Assembly (NCBI GenBank): GCA_016200585.1
Contig: JACQEN010000198.1
Span: forward strand, 1-57,884
Direction: 5' to 3'
DNA length: 57,884 nucleotides
Source: Deltaproteobacteria bacterium
Lineage (GTDB): Bacteria; Desulfobacterota; Binatia; HRBIN30
In this document: positions 55,745 to 57,884 of the stretch, in pieces
Layout: every line of letters begins with the position of its first letter
How positions within the stretch are numbered: position 1 is the stretch's first letter
The notes under the pieces: model-generated
What the model was told of the DNA's origin: nothing
The model's input: the letters and a program-made list of their open reading frames with translations, nothing else
The model's database searches: none
Translations under genes and position numbers: made by a program

Positions 55745-57421
55745 CTACGGTAACGTGTCCTTGAACACCGCCAGCGCGCTCTTCTTCGCCGCTGCTGGAT
55801 AAACGGATTCCCAGCACACACCACCGTCGCTCTTCACGAGCTGTACGACGACGTTGGTGTCCTGCAACAGCAGCGTTGACCCTGCGGGCGCCGGCATCGG
55901 CAGGTTGGGACCCTTGCCACGCACGACGATCTTGGCTTTGGACTTGCCCGGCACCTCCGCTTTCAACGCGACGCGCAGCAGTCCGTTCGGCGTCAGGTCC
56001 CTATCGACGTACACATAACCCGTGCTCGTCTTCTTGCCCGTGGCCTTCCAGCATGGGGTGAGGCCGTGACAGAGCCCGCCCGCAGGCGCGAGCGCACCGA
56101 GTTTCAGCGTCGGCACGCCGTTGCTCTCGTCGTACACGCATACCCGATAGCTCGACGTTCCATTGACCGGGTCACCAAACTCACTGAGGGTTGTGGTCGC
56201 CCCGTGGCTCCAGACCCAACTCAGGTTGTCCTTGTTGTTGTTGCTGTTGTCGCTCAGCAGGAACGAACCCGCTCCAGGGGTGCGGCAGCTGGAAATGGGG
56301 GTCGCGGCGCAACCGCCTTCGAATGTGGGCGTCGCGGTGACGGTCGGCGTGTTCGTGCCCGTCGATGTAGGTGTGTTGGTCGGAGTCGACGTCACTGTCG
56401 GCGTCTGCGTCGGGGGGCTCGTCGGCGTTGGCGTAAACGCTGCGCTGGCGAGATTGTAACCGATGACGTCAAGGGCCTGCAGCTCAACCCCCAGATTCGG
56501 CGTGGCGCCGGCGGTACCGAAGGCGTCCTGTACTTGCGGGGTGTGTGGGCCCGTGCTGAACCAATCGCTAAAGTCGCCCCCTGCCTGTTGGTTGAATCGC
56601 GCCAAATCATTCACGCCGTCGATGGAAAAGAAAGCCTGGGTGGCCAGCATCGTATCAAAGCTCCGGTTGCCCGCTTGGTCATAGCGGAAGAGGTCCTCGC
56701 CCCACACCGGTCCCGTTGGACTTGGATTCCCGTTCGAAACCCCGTTGAGCGCCGAGCCGAACCCGAGCGCTTCGTCAATCTCGTGCGAGACGACGGCCAT
56801 CAGATCATACTTGCTCGGGTTGATTGACGACCGGTCGAGATTCATGAGCGAGGTATTCAAGCCGATGGTGCTGTCAAATGCCCCCGGAGGAGGATTGGCG
56901 ATGAATCCAAGAGCCCGGAGGTTGGCCGTCATTACGTTCATGTTCGCGTCGCCAGTGACGGGGTTGTTCGGGCCTGCCGAAAGCGTAGCCAGCGCAGTTG
57001 CGTCGTCGGGTGTTGTTACGTCAGCCGAAAGGGCCGCCAGGTAAACCGTATAGGGTATGGAACCGTAGTAGGTACTGCTCTGTCCCAATCCTGTTGTCAT
57101 CTCCTGAAAATTTATCGTGACCGCGATCGGATCGGAAAATTTCTGCTCGTAAATCGCGATCGCCGCGTTGATCGTGCTCTCGATGGTGGCGGCGTCGGGG
57201 TCGCTGGTAATCGTGCTGTCGAAGGTCGGGGTAATGACCAAGCCGCCCCCGATGGCAGCGAGTTGGCCGCGGCTGCGGTTGGGAGCCTTGCTGACGATGA
57301 TCGAAGGGTCGAAGATGGCGTGGCTGATCAGGCTCGCACCGTCAGCCGCGGCCAAGCTGCGGTGTGGTGCGGTGCACAGTAACGATGCGCACACCGCGAC
57401 AGCCCATGTAGCTTTCGTCAT
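55745..57421 (-). CDS. Secreted metalloprotease-like protein (NF038122-like, HExxE) with Thr/Pro linker and Cys-containing C-terminal domain
   Basis: Signal peptide from ATG 57421; VVSHEIDEALG, DLFRY, FSIDG, D..DW, LDVIGY; (TP) repeat linker. Confidence 0.75.
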   Translation of the reverse strand: MTKATWAVAVCASLLCTAPHRSLAAADGASLISHAIFDPSIIVSKAPNRSRGQLAAIGGGLVITPTFDSTITSDPDAATIESTINAAIAIYEQKFSDPIAVTINFQEMTTGLGQSSTYYGSIPYTVYLAALSADVTTPDDATALATLSAGPNNPVTGDANMNVMTANLRALGFIANPPPGAFDSTIGLNTSLMNLDRSSINPSKYDLMAVVSHEIDEALGFGSALNGVSNGNPSPTGPVWGEDLFRYDQAGNRSFDTMLATQAFFSIDGVNDLARFNQQAGGDFSDWFSTGPHTPQVQDAFGTAGATPNLGVELQALDVIGYNLASAAFTPTPTSPPTQTPTVTSTPTNTPTSTGTNTPTVTATPTFEGGCAATPISSCRTPGAGSFLLSDNSNNNKDNLSWVWSHGATTTLSEFGDPVNGTSSYRVCVYDESNGVPTLKLGALAPAGGLCHGLTPCWKATGKKTSTGYVYVDRDLTPNGLLRVALKAEVPGKSKAKIVVRGKGPNLPMPAPAGSTLLLQDTNVVVQLVKSDGGVCWESVYPAAAKKSALAVFKDTLP

Positions 57422-57450
57422 AACTCCCACCTTTTTCGCCTCCCACCGTG

Positions 57451-57884
57451 TTAGTTGCAGGTACCTCCAGAACATGTCAGTCCCGCAGCGCAGCTGCCGA
57501 AACAACACGGTTCACCCGCATTGCCGCAGACACAAACGCCTCCAGAACATGTCCCGGAAGAACAAGAATTGTCGGATGGGCAGCATAAATCTGCCGGCGA
57601 CGGCAATCCCCCAAGACCACAAGCGCAACTGAAGTAATGGTTGTCGAGGGTGAAGCACGATAGACCGTTGTTGCAGCCATCGAGGCAGCACACTTCATTC
57701 TCGCCGCCACAGGGCTCACATGTTCCGTCGTAAAATGGATAGCTGCTGCATAGCAAATTCGGGCCCGCACAGGTGGTCTGAGGAGCGTCGCAGCACGGTT
57801 CACCTGTGCCCCCGCACGGCAAGCAGGTGCTGAAAGGGCTACGTACCGCACCTTGCGTGCAATAGGGGAAAACGAACCTACCAG
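57451..57884 (-). CDS. Cys-rich repeat secreted protein, C-terminal part (runs off window end)
   Basis: Repeated PCGG.GEPCC...C...L.C units; the frame is open to the window edge. Confidence 0.75.
   Translation of the reverse strand, partial: GRFVFPYCTQGAVRSPFSTCLPCGGTGEPCCDAPQTTCAGPNLLCSSYPFYDGTCEPCGGENEVCCLDGCNNGLSCFTLDNHYFSCACGLGGLPSPADLCCPSDNSCSSGTCSGGVCVCGNAGEPCCFGSCAAGLTCSGGTCN

Noticed and set aside
56320-56436. Repetitive DNA in the metalloprotease-like gene
   Set aside because: It simply encodes the Thr/Pro linker and is not an independent element.

Overview
GC-rich window from a diderm bacterium (the protein repertoire suggests a Deltaproteobacteria-like lineage such as Ca. Binatia; this is inference only). 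Left to right: an ABC-2 exporter operon containing an MlaC-family gene, divergent from a TolC-family gene; a TPR lipoprotein with tsaD-rsmA-mutM; three genes of a putative sugar(-acid) catabolic pathway; a Cys-rich secreted protein; and a ~15 kb nitrate assimilation cluster. That cluster has sigma54 promoters, nasT/nasS, an ANTAR dual-hairpin leader, a fused NirB-NirD, a NarI-like membrane protein, a Mo-bisPGD nitrate reductase, a 4Fe-4S protein, a Tat-Rieske protein, a nitrate ABC transporter and a porin. It is followed by a DapA-like aldolase and a large lipoprotein; an AT-rich islet with an HTH + nucleotidyltransferase (AbiE-like) pair; YegD and GST; a lipid/steroid metabolism block (Ltp2-like + DUF35, ADH, P450, START-like, WS/DGAT, hydrolases); GH1 and GH3; several large secreted proteins; and an LpoB-like lipoprotein operon. 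Two pseudogenes not resolved by the ORF track are present: a DUF559 endonuclease flanked by palindromic inverted repeats that also occur as gene-less copies, and an internally deleted nucleoside hydrolase. Intergenic spaces carry several families of palindromic and inverted short-tandem repeats. No rRNA, tRNA, CRISPR array, integrase or transposase was seen. All family calls come from motif recognition by eye, not from database searches.
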